This document shows, piece after piece, positions 37,722-50,066 of a stretch of DNA of 64,000 nt (its first letter is position 1; the number at the start of each line of letters is the position of its first letter). The stretch comes from Mobula birostris (Eukaryota): assembly GCF_030028105.1 (NCBI RefSeq), contig NC_092375.1:141759035-141823034 (forward strand), written 5' to 3'. The notes under the pieces were generated by a model. The model ran no database searches, was not told the DNA's origin, and saw only the letters and a program-made list of their open reading frames with translations. The translations under genes and the position numbers were made by a program.

Positions 37722-38970
37722 GAAGTCAGAATCAGGTTTTATTATCACTGGCATGTGACGTGAAATTTGTTAACTTAGCAGCAACAGTTCAATGCAATAC
37801 ATAATCTAGCAGAAAGAAAATAATAAATAAAATAAAAATAATAATAAATAAAGAAATAAATCAATTACAGTATACATATATTGAATAGATTTTTAAAAAC
37901 TTGCAAAAACAAATACTGTACATTTAAAAAATGTGAGGTAGTGTCTAAAGCTTCAATGTCCATTTAGGAATCAGATGGCAGAGGGGAAGAAGCTGTTCCT
38001 GAATTCCTGAGTGTGTGCCTTCAGGCTTCTGTACCTCCCACCTGATGACAACATCGAGAAAGGGCCATGCCCTGGGTGCTGGAGGTGCTTAATAATGGAC
38101 GCTGCCTTTCTGAGACACCGCTCCCTGAAGATGTCCTGGGTACTTTGTAGGCTGGTACCCAAGATGGAGCTGACTAGATTTACAACCTTCTGCAGCTTCT
38201 TTCGGTCTTGTGCAGTAGGCCCTCCATACCAGACAGTGATGCAGCCTGTCAGAATGCTCTCCACGTTACAAATATAGAAGTTTTTGAGTGTATTTGTTGA
38301 CATGCCAAATTTCTTCAAACTCCTAATAAAGTATGGCCGCTGTCTTGCCTTCTTTATAACCGCATCGATATGTTAGGACCAGGTTAGATCCTCAGAGATC
38401 TTGACACCCGGGAACTTGAAGCTGCTCACTCTGTCCACTTCTATGAGGATTGGTATGTCTTCCTTCATCTTACCCTTCTTGAAGTCCACAATCAGCCTTT
38501 TATTGTCTTACTGACGTTAAGTGCCAGGCTGTTGCTGCGGCACCACTCCACTAGTTGGCATATCTCACTCCTGTATGCCCTCTCGTCACCACCTAAGGTT
38601 CTACCAACAATGGTTGTATCGTCAGCAAATTTATAGATGGTATTTGAGCTCTGCCTAGCTACACAGTCATGGGTATATAGAGAGTAGAGCAGTGGGCTAA
38701 GCACATACTCCTGAGGGGCGCCAGTGTTGATCATCAGCGAGGAGGACATGTTATCACCAATCCTCACGGATTGTGGTCTTCAGGTTAGGAAGTCGAGGAT
38801 CCAATTGCAGAGGGAGGTTCTGCAACTTCTCAATCAATATTGTGGGAATGATGGTATGAAATGCTGAGCTATAGTCGATGAACAGCATCCTGACATAGGT
38901 GTTTGTGTTGTCCAGGTGGTCTAAAGCCGTGTGGAGAACCATTGAGGTTGTATCTGCTGTAACCTATTGT
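37722..38970 (-). mobile_element. Rex1/Babar-like LINE, 5'-truncated, inserted next to or into the previous fragment
   Basis: [53 protein letters not shown]; GATAATAAA + gattct tail. Confidence 0.92.
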
Positions 38971-39019
38971 GGCTATAGTCATAGTCATACCTTATTGGTC
39001 CTGGGGGAAATTGGTTAGG

Positions 39020-39175
39020 ATAGGTTGTTTACATGAGTTTAGTAAAGCATTTGACAAGATCCCTCCTGGTATGCTGATCCAGAACATTCTGACACACTCT
39101 ATTAGTGCAATAGATTAAAAATTGGCTTGATGATAGAAAACAGGGAGTAGTCATGGAGGGGTGTTTCTCTGGAGT
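39020..39175 (+). mobile_element. CR1 RT fragment
   Basis: tttagtaaagcatttgacaag (FSKAFDK), homologous to about 48150-48300. Confidence 0.7.
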
Positions 39176-39967
39176 TAAAGCAGAATTGGATTCTTTGGTA
39201 ACCGCATTAAGGATGTTAGCTGCATTGAAGTCCAGTCCTCACATGGTGTTGAAGGTCAATGGACACATTCACGGTGTAGTTGAATTTGTGTATATTCACA
39301 TTATAGTATTTTCTTTACACCAACATCACAGTTAATATGGTCCACTTGAACCCAAAGCAGGCTGAATCTTGAACAAAACGGAATATGTCTCCTTGGTTGA
39401 TCATGCTGTGTTTTAAATTCTGCCATCAGTACTGTGTTTCTAATAGAATCAGAATCAGTAACGTATGTTGTAAAATTTGAAGCAGTAGTAAAATGCATGA
39501 AATAGAAGTCAGTATAAGTTACAAACATAAATAAATAGTGTGAAAGACCAGAAGCCAATTTGCATAAATTCCAATGTAAATATAGCTTTGGGGGAATAGA
39601 TGTATATCAAATGTATCAAGGAATTGGAAACAGTTGACAATTTTCTATATTAATTACTTGAATAATTGGATGAGAGCAAAGCCTTTGTTGTGGTTATGTT
39701 GCCTGCTTGGTTTAAGTACACATAAAGTTGGTATTGCTACATTCTATGCTGACAATAATTAAAAGGGAATAATTTTTTCACGTTTTCATCCTCAAATGCT
39801 AAAAAATTAGTCTTTATTTCTTCCAATCTGTCCAAAACACACATTTTTTAATTAAAAAAAGACTGGTGTTGGGATTCATTGGTTATTGCTCAGTACAAAA
39901 ATATCTAAGGCCTGGTGATAACTTAAGGGTAGTGTAATTGTTTTTTTGTCCTTTATGTTTTTTTCAG

Positions 39968-40014
39968 GATGAACACATGCTATTTCAGTTATTACAGAGT
40001 CTTTTGGATTCTCC
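39968..40014 (+). CDS. VPS8: VPS8 coding exon (7th), phase 0/2
   Basis: tttcag|GAT...CC|gtaagt; 47 nt; DEHMLFQLLQSLLDS(P). Phase matches both neighbouring exons. Confidence 0.9.
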
Positions 40015-41127
40015 GTAAGTATACCTTTGCTGCAAATATAACCTAATATATTCATGCATTAAGTTAACTTCTTCCAGTTATTTGATTTGGATTGATCATT
40101 TTTCTACCCTTTGTAAATGTCTTGTGCTTCAAAAATGCCATTACAACCAACATCCTTGCTGAGGTTATGAGTATAAGTTTTGAAAACATTTTCAAAGGTA
40201 AAGATGAAATAAGTGAATTGACAGAAAAATGTTCAGGTTTTCAAGTTAGTACATGTGAGAATAGGTGCAGGCAAATAAAGTAATTTTCATTTTCATTCAG
40301 CATTCTAAAATAAGTTACTAGCAGAGGCAGACTGAACATCATTATGAACTTATATTAACTTTATGCATCAAATTGCAGAGATGGTGTCGATAAAGCTTAG
40401 TATTGTATTACTCACAACAAAAATACACCTTTTTGGCAATGATGTTAGAATTTCTTTATTAACACCAATGATTTGCATATTTTGAGCAATGTTCATTTAC
40501 TGCAGAACGTGTATTATGTATTTGTGTGGGGATTTCTTGGAGCATCGCTGTTCATGTTATTCCATGACAAACAAGTCTCAGGTGCCCAATCCCTCCCTAA
40601 AACCCAGAAACATTTGTAAGCTCTTTGAAGGAATTTCAGTAATTAAAAAAATCCAAACTTATCCACTAAACTAAAATAGCTAAATGTATCTTTTTGATCA
40701 AAGGTGGTGAATGCATTCAACCACAAGGGATCACGCGGAGCAGAGAATCTGAGCTGCAGCTCATTTCTGACTTTTATACTGTAATATGCACACGTCAGTA
40801 ATGAGCTGACCCAACACACTGCAACTAGCTTGCAATCATGCAACTCAGTGAAGCAACACAGTGTTGTGTTACTGTATGTTTGTTCAGAAATGAAAATAGC
40901 CATTTCATATTTCCCTCTTATTGTTTGTAATATTTTCTAATAATGGAAATATTTTCGATTTTATTAGCAACTGTATACATACATTCCTGGTATGTTTTCA
41001 GTTTTTTTTATATGAAATCGGCATCAGGCAATCTCAGGAGGAATACAATGAGCTGCTTCCTTGATATTCTTTCCAGTTAATTGAACCTCAGATGTATCAC
41101 AGTTTAAAGGAATAATAAATCTGATAT

Positions 41128-41620
41128 AAACATGAGATTCTGCAGATGTCAGAAATCTTGAGTAACACACACAAAATGCTGGGGGAGCTCAGCAAGATAG
41201 GCAGCGTATATGGAGGGTAATAAACAGTATCTGTTTCGCGTCAAGACTGGAAAGGAAGAGGGAAAGTAGCTAGAATAAAAAAGTGAGGAAGCGGAAGGAG
41301 TGCAAACTGACATGTAATATGCGAGACCAGTTACGGGAAGGGTGAGGATAAAGTAAGAAGCTGGAAGGGATAGCCGAAGTGGAGAGTGGCTGATGAAGGA
41401 GGAATCTAACAGGAGAGGAGAGTGGACCATGGAAGAAAGGAAAGGAGGAGGGGAACCTGGGGAAGGTGATGGGCTGATGAGGAGAAGCAAAGGTATGAGA
41501 GGGGAACTGAATAGAGGGTAGAAAAAGAGAGAAAGGGGAGAGGGAAAGATACTACCAGAAGCTCGAGAAATTGATGTTCATGGTATCAGGTCTGAGGCTA
41601 CCTAGACGAAATGTGAGGCT
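41128..41620 (-). mobile_element. Penelope-like 3' fragment
   Basis: ctgcagatg...aacacacacaaaatgctgg end shared with 29206-29438, followed by a purine-rich body. Confidence 0.7.
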
Positions 41621-41769
41621 CAAAGGGTGATGGATATAGAATCTTTGAATTTCCTTTCAGACAAGTAGATAGATCTTTAATTCAGGAGGTGAAACATGAC
41701 TGTAAGTAGACTGGAAAGAAGATAAGGTTATAATCAGATCAGGCTTGAGGATCCAAGTGGAACATTCCT

Positions 41770-42005
41770 GCTTCAGGAGCAGCTTCTTCCCCTCTGCCAT
41801 CCAGTTTCTTGCTCACTACCTCACTCCATTTTTTATTTATTTTTGCTTTTTGCACTATTTGTTTTGACTTAATTATTTAATACACACACACACACACACA
41901 CACACAATTACTGTAATTCTGTTTTTTTTCTTTATCTATCATGTATTGCTGCCGCAAAGTTAAGAAATTTCACGACATATGCTGGTAATGCTAAACCTGA
42001 TTCTG
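41770..42005 (+). mobile_element. Rex1-like 3' tail with an internal (CA)n microsatellite (41882-41906)
   Basis: ttcaggagcagcttcttcccctctgccatc ... aaatttcacgacatatgctggt..aaacctgattct. Confidence 0.75.
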
Positions 42006-42134
42006 CTTTCTAGTTACTATGTTTCCCTCATTTAAATCTTTCCTTCTCCATTTTTGTCATATAAGTAACAGCCTAGTTTCTCTAGCCACTAAAAATCATC
42101 AAAGTTTTTATACTAAGTGCAATTCCAATTAATT

Positions 42135-42460
42135 TGTATCTTTAGTGATAGTTTAATATGGTCATTCCCAGTATCTGGTGGGTAAACTGTCCTTGATGGG
42201 TCTCAACACCTCTCTCTGTAACTGGATCCTGGTCTTGACAAGAAAAGTCACAGTCAGTCCATGTTGGTAAAAACATCTCTAGCTCCATCACACTGAGCAC
42301 CAGTGTTCTCCAGGGCTGCATGCTCAAACTACTGCTCTTCATGCTGCTGGTGCATGATTGCATTGCTAGATCCAGTTTGAACTGGATCATTGAGTTTGCT
42401 GATGACACGACGGTGTTTGGCTTCATCAGCGATGACATGAGTTGGCGTAGTTGGATCTAG
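42135..42460 (+). mobile_element. Rex1-like RT fragment
   Basis: LLFMLLVHDCIARSS..IIEFADDTTV. Confidence 0.75.
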
Positions 42461-45133
42461 ATACAGTGCCTTGTAAAAGTATTCAGCCCCTGATCTTTGT
42501 TTAGATAAATATTGCAACCAAATACTTTTCTATTATTAATTTTTTTATTGCAACACCAACAAATTACATTCAATACAACCAATTGCCAATTACATTTTAA
42601 CTGTTTAACCCAGCCACCTCCCAACCTTCATCACCATCCCCCCTCCACCCCTCTCTCCCCCTATCCCTCTCCCCCCCATCCCTCTCCCCTCCACCAACCA
42701 ACTGAGTAGTAGTGCATACACAGACAAAGCATTCCTATTTTAACAAAAGATCTTTTAAGTTAGATATCAAATTTGTCCACATTAAGATTGTGTTTGGTCG
42801 TGCATCATTTACTGTTGCTGAAGAAAGTTCCAGGTAAGAAATGTCCAAAAAGCTCTGAAGCCAGTGAATATTTAAAAAATCATGGGGAGGTTTCCAACAC
42901 TGGACTACAATCTTCTTAGTTGCAGTCAGGCCTGCCAGCCAGACTTTGCGTGTTTTTTCCGTAAGGGAAAGGTGGGAGTCATAATTTAGAAGATGTACAG
43001 CAGGGTCCATTGGTAATTGTACCCCCGTTAGTTCTTTAAGAGTACTGATAACCTTCCCCCACAAACTAAAAACCCCTGGACTTTCCCATACAACATGAAT
43101 AAAAGAACTAATGGTTCTGTGGGGGCAAAATGAGCAATATGGGTCAGGAACCAGTCCCATTTCATGTCTAATTCTCGGTGTTAAATATGCTCTATGACAA
43201 AATTTCAAGTTTATATACCGATGATTTGGGTTTTTCGAAGCACCGGCAGCATTATCCCAAACTGCATCCCAGTCTACGTCTTGTCCCAATTCAGATATGT
43301 CTCTATCCCAGGCTTTCATTCCTGATGTAGGCATATATCTCTGGGAGTTTAATTTATCATAGGTATATGACACTATCTGTCCTGGAGCACTCTGTATCCA
43401 ACTTAAAATGGGATGGTCTTTTAAATCGGATCCCCAGGGAACGGCGTAGGTTTTACAAGCTGATCTTACTCTAAATTAGAAGAAAAGAGAGTGTTTATCA
43501 ATATTATATCGAGATATCAGTTCTTGAAAGCTAAGAATAGTACTTGTCCCATTAATATCTTGAAGAGTAGTAATACCTTTATCCTCCCAACTTCTGTTAG
43601 TGAATGGTTTCCCCCACAGATAGAAACTGATTATTGTTCCATAATGGAGATGATTTGCACCATACGCTTTTAAAATTTAGGAATTTTTCTGCTGCTCTAA
43701 ACACTTGTAGCAGATGGGTTAAAATCGGACCGTAATACAAATCACATTTTTTGGTAGACATACCTATAAGGAGAAAGTCCTTCAACTTTATTGATACTAT
43801 TAGCTCTTGTTCTATATTTTTCCATGACAAAACTTTAACCTCCTCCATCCAATAGCTCAGACTTTTTAATACAAAGGCTCAGTGATACAATTTAAAATTT
43901 GGACATGCCAAGCCCCATCCGACTTTTTGAATTGTAGAGCTGACCACTTTATATTGGGTCGTTTACCATTCCAAACATAGTATCGTAGTAAGGAGTCCAG
44001 TTTTTGCCAATATCCTGCTGGAGGTGCAAGTGGGATCATTGAGTGGATAAAATTAAGGCGGGGTAAGATGTTCATTTTTATGACCGATATACGGGCTGGG
44101 ACTGATGCTGGCAGGTGCTTCCATCTATTAATATCTATTTTTTTCGAAATTAAAGAGTAATTTGTTTTAGCCACAGATGATAGGGAGGTATTAGCTTTAA
44201 TACCCAAGTAGAGGACCTCATTTGTAGCCTTAATCTGGGGAGGGAGAGACACCTTACTTTTATCCGTATTAATCAACATCAGTGCTGATTTTGACAAATT
44301 AACTTTGTATCCTGAAAGGAATCCAAATTGCTCCAGTGTTTTTAAAACACAGGGAAGAGCTTGTTGAACATTTGCCATATAAACTAGCGTGTCATCCGCG
44401 TAAAATGATATTGAATGTGAAGTTGTACCTATTGTAATAGGGGAGATCTGAGGAGAGTTTCTAATTAAACGTGCAAGCAGTTCAATAGATACAGTAAAAA
44501 TTAAAGGAGACAAAGGGTCCCCTTGTCATGTGCCCTGTCCTATGTCAAATAACTCTGAGAAACCTCCTCCCACACGTACCCAGGCTGAAGGATTAGCATA
44601 CAGTGTTTGAATCATATTGATAAATTTATTGCTGAATTTAAATTATTTTAGAACTCTCTAAAGGTATGGCCATTCAAGACGATCAAACACTTTTTTAGCA
44701 TCTAGAAATAGCAGGCCACAGGCAGGCGGGATTTTATGTGTTGCACTCAGTATGTGTAAGAGCTGGCGAATATTATCAGATGCGAGATGCCCCCTGATAA
44801 AGCCCGCTTGATCTGGGCTAATTATTTTCCCAACTACTGTCTCAAGTCTACTGGCTAAGACTTTGGAAAATATCTTGAGATCGGCATTTATCAAGGAGAT
44901 TGGACGGTAATTGGTACACTCCAAGGGGTCCTTACCGGTCTTAGGTATAACTGTGATCAGGGCTGTGTTTAGATCTCTATGGAAAGCGCCATTTCCAAAA
45001 GCATAATTTAGTGTTTCTAACCATACTGGTCCAAGAATATCCCAAAGTGCTAGATAAAGTTCCACTGGTATGCCATCTATGCCTGGTGTACGGCCCTTAT
45101 TTGTAGCTTTGACTGCTTTAAGTAGCTCATCCA

Positions 45134-45408
45134 ACTGTGATAAGACTGCTGAACAGATCCTGATCCGGATCTGGCCTGTACCCTCCAAATATCCGGACCT
45201 GCCTCTCGGTTTTTTTGCACTACCTTACTTTCCATTTTTCTATTTTCTATTTATGAATTTATAATTTAAATTTTAAATATTTACTAATATTTACTAAGTT
45301 TAATATTTAATATTTGTAATCCAGGGAGTGGGAAGCGTAGAATCAAATATCGCTGTGATGATTGTACGTTCTAGTACCAGTTGTTTGGCGACAATAAAGT
45401 ATAAAGTA
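45134..45408 (+). mobile_element. Rex1-like 3' tail inserted in L1 ORF2
   Basis: Ends gcgacaataaagtataaagtat. atcca occurs at both junctions. The L1 reading (SPITLD..LDELL) rejoins when it is removed. Confidence 0.8.
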
Positions 45409-45608
45409 TCCAGTGTAATAGGAGAGTCTAGAGTTTTGGTATCCTCTAATGACAACGTAGGGAGGTCTAATCCACTAAAAAAATCTGTGAAGTCATTCTC
45501 AGAAGGAACTGAGCCACTTGTATACAGTTCTTTAAAGTAATTCTTGGATGTCTCATTTATTTCCTCTGTTGAAGATGCTGTTCCACATGTAGCACATCTA
45601 ATTGTCGG

Positions 45609-48600
45609 AAGCAGGTCGTTGGGTGACAATCAGAGGGGGGAAAGCGAAGGTGAGCAGACAGGTAGTGCAGAGCACCCCTGTAGCCATTCCCCTGAATAAT
45701 AAGTTTACCGTCCTGGATACTGTCGGCGGGGACGACCGACCAGGTGTGAGCCACGGTGGCAGGGCCTCCGGCACTGAGTCTGACCCCGTGGTGCAGAAGG
45801 GTGGGACGGAGAAGAGGAGAGCTGTCGTCATTGGAGACTCTATAGTCAGGGGAGCAGACAGGAGATTTTGTGGACGTGAGAAGGACAACCGCATGGTTTG
45901 TTGCCTCCCGGGTGCCAGGGTCCGGGATGTCTCTGACCGGGTGCACGACATCCTGGTACGAGAGGGAAAGCAACCAGAAGTCGTGATACATGTTGGGACC
46001 AACGACATAGGCAGGAAGAGGGATGAGGTCCTGAAGTGTGAGTTTCGGGAATTAGGCAGAAGGCTGAAGAACAGGACCTCAAGGGTGACGTTCTCAGGAT
46101 TGCTGCCAGTGCTACGTGACAGTGATGGTAAGAATTGGAGGAGATGGCAGTTGAATGCGTGACTGAGGAGTTGGTGCAGGGAGCAGGGTTTTAGATTTTT
46201 AGATCATTGGGATCTCTTCTGGGGAAGGTGGGACCTGTACAGGTTGGATGGGTTGCACCTGAACTCGAGGGGGAGCAATATCCTTGCAGGTAGGTTTGCT
46301 AGCATGGTTCGGGAGGGTTTAAACTAATTTGCGAGGGAGATGGGACCCAGAGCGATAGAGCAGTGAAAGAAGTGCGTGGACTAAAGCCAGATCTAACATA
46401 CAGAGAGGCTTTGAGGAAAGAGAAGCAGAATAAACGGTGTAAAGACAGTAAGGTAGAAGGGCTGAAATGTGTGTACCTCAATGCAGGAAGCATTAGGAAC
46501 AAAGGTGATGAACTGAGAGCTTGGATACATACACGGAATTATGATGTAGTGGCCATTACAGAGACTTGGCTGGCACCAGGGCAGGAATGGATTCTCAATA
46601 TTCCTGGATTTCAGTGCTTTAAAAGGGATAGAGAGGGCGGAAAAAGGGGTGGTATTACTGGTCAGGGATACTATTACAGCTACAGAAAGGGTGGGTAATG
46701 TAGCAGGATCCTCTTTTGAGTCAATATGGGTGGAAGTCAGGAACAGGAAGGGAGCAGTTACTCTACTGGGGGTATTCTATAGGCCCCCTGGTAGCAGCAG
46801 AGATACAGAGGAGCAGATTGGGAGGCAGATTTTGGAAAGGTGCAAAAATAACAGGGTTGTTATCATGGGTGATTTTAACTTCCCTAATATTGATTGGCAC
46901 CTGATTAGTTCCAAGGGTTTAGATGGGACAGAATTTGTTAAGTGTGTCCAGAATGGATTCCTGTCACAGTATATGGACAGGCCAACCAGGGGGAATGCCA
47001 TACTAGATCTAGTACTTGGTAATGAACCGGGTCAGATCACAGATCTCTCAGTGGGTGAGCATCTGGGGGACAGTGACCACCGCTCCCTGGCCTTTATAAT
47101 TATCATGGAAAAGGATAGAATCAAAGAGGACAGGAAAATTTTTAATTGGGGAAAGGCAAATTATGAGGCTATAAGGCTAGAACTTGCGGATGTGAATTGG
47201 GATGATGTTTTTGCAGGGAAATGTACTATGGACATGTGGTCGATGTTTAGAGATCTCTTGCGGGATGTAAGGGATAAATTTGTCCCGGTGAGGAAGATAA
47301 AGAATGGTAGGGTGAAGGAACCATGGGTGACGAGTGAGGTGGAAAATCTAGTCAGGAGGAATAAGGCAGTATACATGAGGTTTAGGAAGCAAGGATCAGC
47401 TGGGTCTATTGAGGAATATAGGGAAGCAAGAAAGGAGCTTAAGAAGGGGCTGAGAAGAGCAAGGAGGGGGGATGAGAAGGCCTTGGTGAGTAGGGTAAAG
47501 GAAAATCCCAAGGCATTCTTCAATTCTGTGAAGAAAAAAAGGATGACAGGAGTGAAGGTAGGACTGATTAGAGATAAAGGTGGGAAGATGTGCCTGGAGG
47601 CTGTGGAAGTGAGCGATGTCCTCAATGAATACTTCTCTTCGGTATTCACCAATGAGAGGGAACTTGATGATGGTGAGGACAATATGAGTGAGGTTGATGT
47701 TCTGGAGCATGCTGATATTAAGGGAGAGGAGGTGTTGGAGTTGTTAAAATACATTAGGACAGATAAGTCCCCGGGGCCTGACGGAATATTCCCCAGGCTG
47801 CTCCACGAGGCGAGAGAAGAGATTGCTGAGCTTCTGGCTAGGATCTTTATGTCCTCGTTGTCCACGGGAATGGTACCGGAGGATTGGAGGGAGGCGAATG
47901 TTGTTCCCTTGTTCAAAAAAGGTAGTAGGGATAGTTCGGGTAATTATGGACCAGTGAGCCTTACGTCTGTGGTGGGAAAGCTGTTGGAAAAGATTCTTAG
48001 AGATAGGATCTATAGGCATTTAGAGAATCATGGTCTGATCAGGGACAGTCAGCATGGCTTTATGAAGGGCAGATCGTGTCTAACAAGCCTGATAGAGTTC
48101 TTTGAGGAGGTGACCAGGCATTTAGATGAGATTAGTGCAGCGGATGTCATCTATATGGATTTTAGTAAGGCATTTGACAAGGTTCCACATGGTAGGCTTA
48201 TTCAGAAAGTTAGAAGGCATGGGATCCAGGGAAGTTTGGCCAGGTGGATTCAGAATTGTCTTGCCTGCAGAAGGCAGAGGGTGGTGGTGGAGGGAGTACA
48301 TTCAGATTGGAGGATTGTGACTAGTGGTGTCCCACAAGGATCTGTTCTAGGACCTCTACTTTTCGTGATTTTTATTAACGACCTGGATGTGGGGGTAGAA
48401 GGGTGGGTTGGCAAGTATGCAGACAACACAAAGGTTGGTGGTGTTGTAGATAGTGTAGAGGATTGTCAAAGATTGCAGGGAGACATTGATAGGATACAGA
48501 AGTGGGCTGAGAAGTGGCAGATGGAGTTCAACCCCGAGAAGTGTGAGGTGGTACACTTTGGAAGGACAAACTCCAAGGCAGAGTACAAAGTAAATGGCAG

Positions 48601-49308
48601 GATACTTGGTAGTGTGGAGGAGCAGAGGGATCTCGGGGTGCACGTCCACAGATCCCTGAAAGTTGCCTCACAGGTGGATAGGGTAGTTAAGAAAGCTTAT
48701 GGGGTGTTAGCTTTCATAAGTCGAGGGATAGAGTTTAAGAGTCGCGAAGTAATGATGCAGCTCTATAAAACTCTGGTTAGGCCACACTTGGAGTATTGTG
48801 TCCAGTTCTGGTCACCTCACTATAGGAAGGATGTGGAAGCAGTGGAAAGGGTACAGAGGAGATTTACCAGGATGCTGTCTGGTTTAGAGAGTATGGATTA
48901 TGATCAGAGATTAAGGGAGCTAGGGCTTTACTCTTTGGAGAGGAGGAGGATGAGAGGAGACATGATAGAGGTGTACAAGATAATAAGAGGAATAGATAGA
49001 GTGGATAGCCAGCGCCTCTTCCCCAGGGCACTACTGCTCAATACAAGAGGACATGGCTTTAAGGTAAGAGGTGGGAAGTTCAAGGGGGATATTAGAGGAA
49101 GGTTTTTTTAGTCAGAGAGTGGTTGGTGCGTGGAATGCACTGCCTGAGTCAGTGGTGGAGGCAGATACACTAGTGAAGTTTAAGAGACTACCAGACAGGT
49201 ATATGGAGGAATCTAAGGTGGGGGCTTATATGGGAGGCAGGGTTTGAGGGTCGGCACAACATTGTGGGCCGAAGGGCCTGTACTGTGCTGTACTGTTCTA
49301 TGTTCTAT
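45609..49308 (+). mobile_element. Young CR1 LINE (5'-truncated SGNH esterase ORF1 + EN/RT ORF2) inserted in L1
   Basis: ORF1 VIGDSIVRG, HVGTND. EN VAITETWL. 820-aa open stretch 46649-49111 with GDFN, QHGF, DFSKAFD, GVPQGSVLGP, YADN. (TTCTATG)n tail. L1 KRSI|PTIR rejoins across it. Confidence 0.96.
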
Positions 49309-49909
49309 GTATAGACCTTTTAGCTTCCTGTTGTTTGAGCGTTAGTGCTAAAAGATGGCTCGGCCTGCTGCCTTCTGCATAATACTTAGGTTTGTTTATA
49401 TGGATCATATATTCTGCCCTGCTTCTTAATAAATCATTTAATTCTGCTTGTTTTGTTTTGAGCTCGTTTTCTTTTGTTATGGTGTATCTCCTTTTGGGAT
49501 CATTCTCCGAAACCTTACATTGTTCTTCTAGGGTGGAAATCTTTTGAAGTTGGCTTTTATGTAGATGGGAACTGAACGATATAGCGTTATTTTGTAAGAG
49601 ACCCTTGATGGAGGCCCAAATCACTGTCACATTTGAGACACAATTTTTATTTAAATTTATAAATTCTGTCAGTTTTGTTCTCAGTTGTGATAGAAATTTG
49701 TCATTTTTTAGAAGGGTAGAGTTAAACCTGCACCTAGTAGCCTTATTTTTAATTTTGCCATAATTAAAAGTAGATATGACTGGGTTGTGATCAGATAGAT
49801 GTCTGGGCAAAAATTCTATTGAGTGTACCAAAGGCAGCAGACCGGAGGATATAAGAATGTAATCTCTCCGAGAGAAAGTTTTATGTCTTGTGGAGAAGAA
49901 GATATAGAC

Positions 49910-50066
49910 TTTAGTCATAGTCATACTTTATTGATCCGGGGGAAATTGGTTTTCGTTACAGTTGCACCATAAATAATTAAATAGTAATAATAAAACCATA
50001 AGTAGTTAAATAGTAATATGTAGATTATGCCAGGAAATAAGTCCAGGACCAGCCTATTGGCTCAGG
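49910..50066 (-). mobile_element. Rex1-like 3' tail inserted in the L1 endonuclease
   Basis: (CTATGA)n tail after AATAAA. L1 DVWRAHNP..KVYIFF is interrupted. The same tail occurs at about 38975-39012. Confidence 0.75.

Noticed and set aside
46649-49111. Domesticated or host reverse transcriptase gene
   Set aside because: It sits in a standard CR1 with tail and ORF1, has a frameshift upstream and a YADN catalytic motif.
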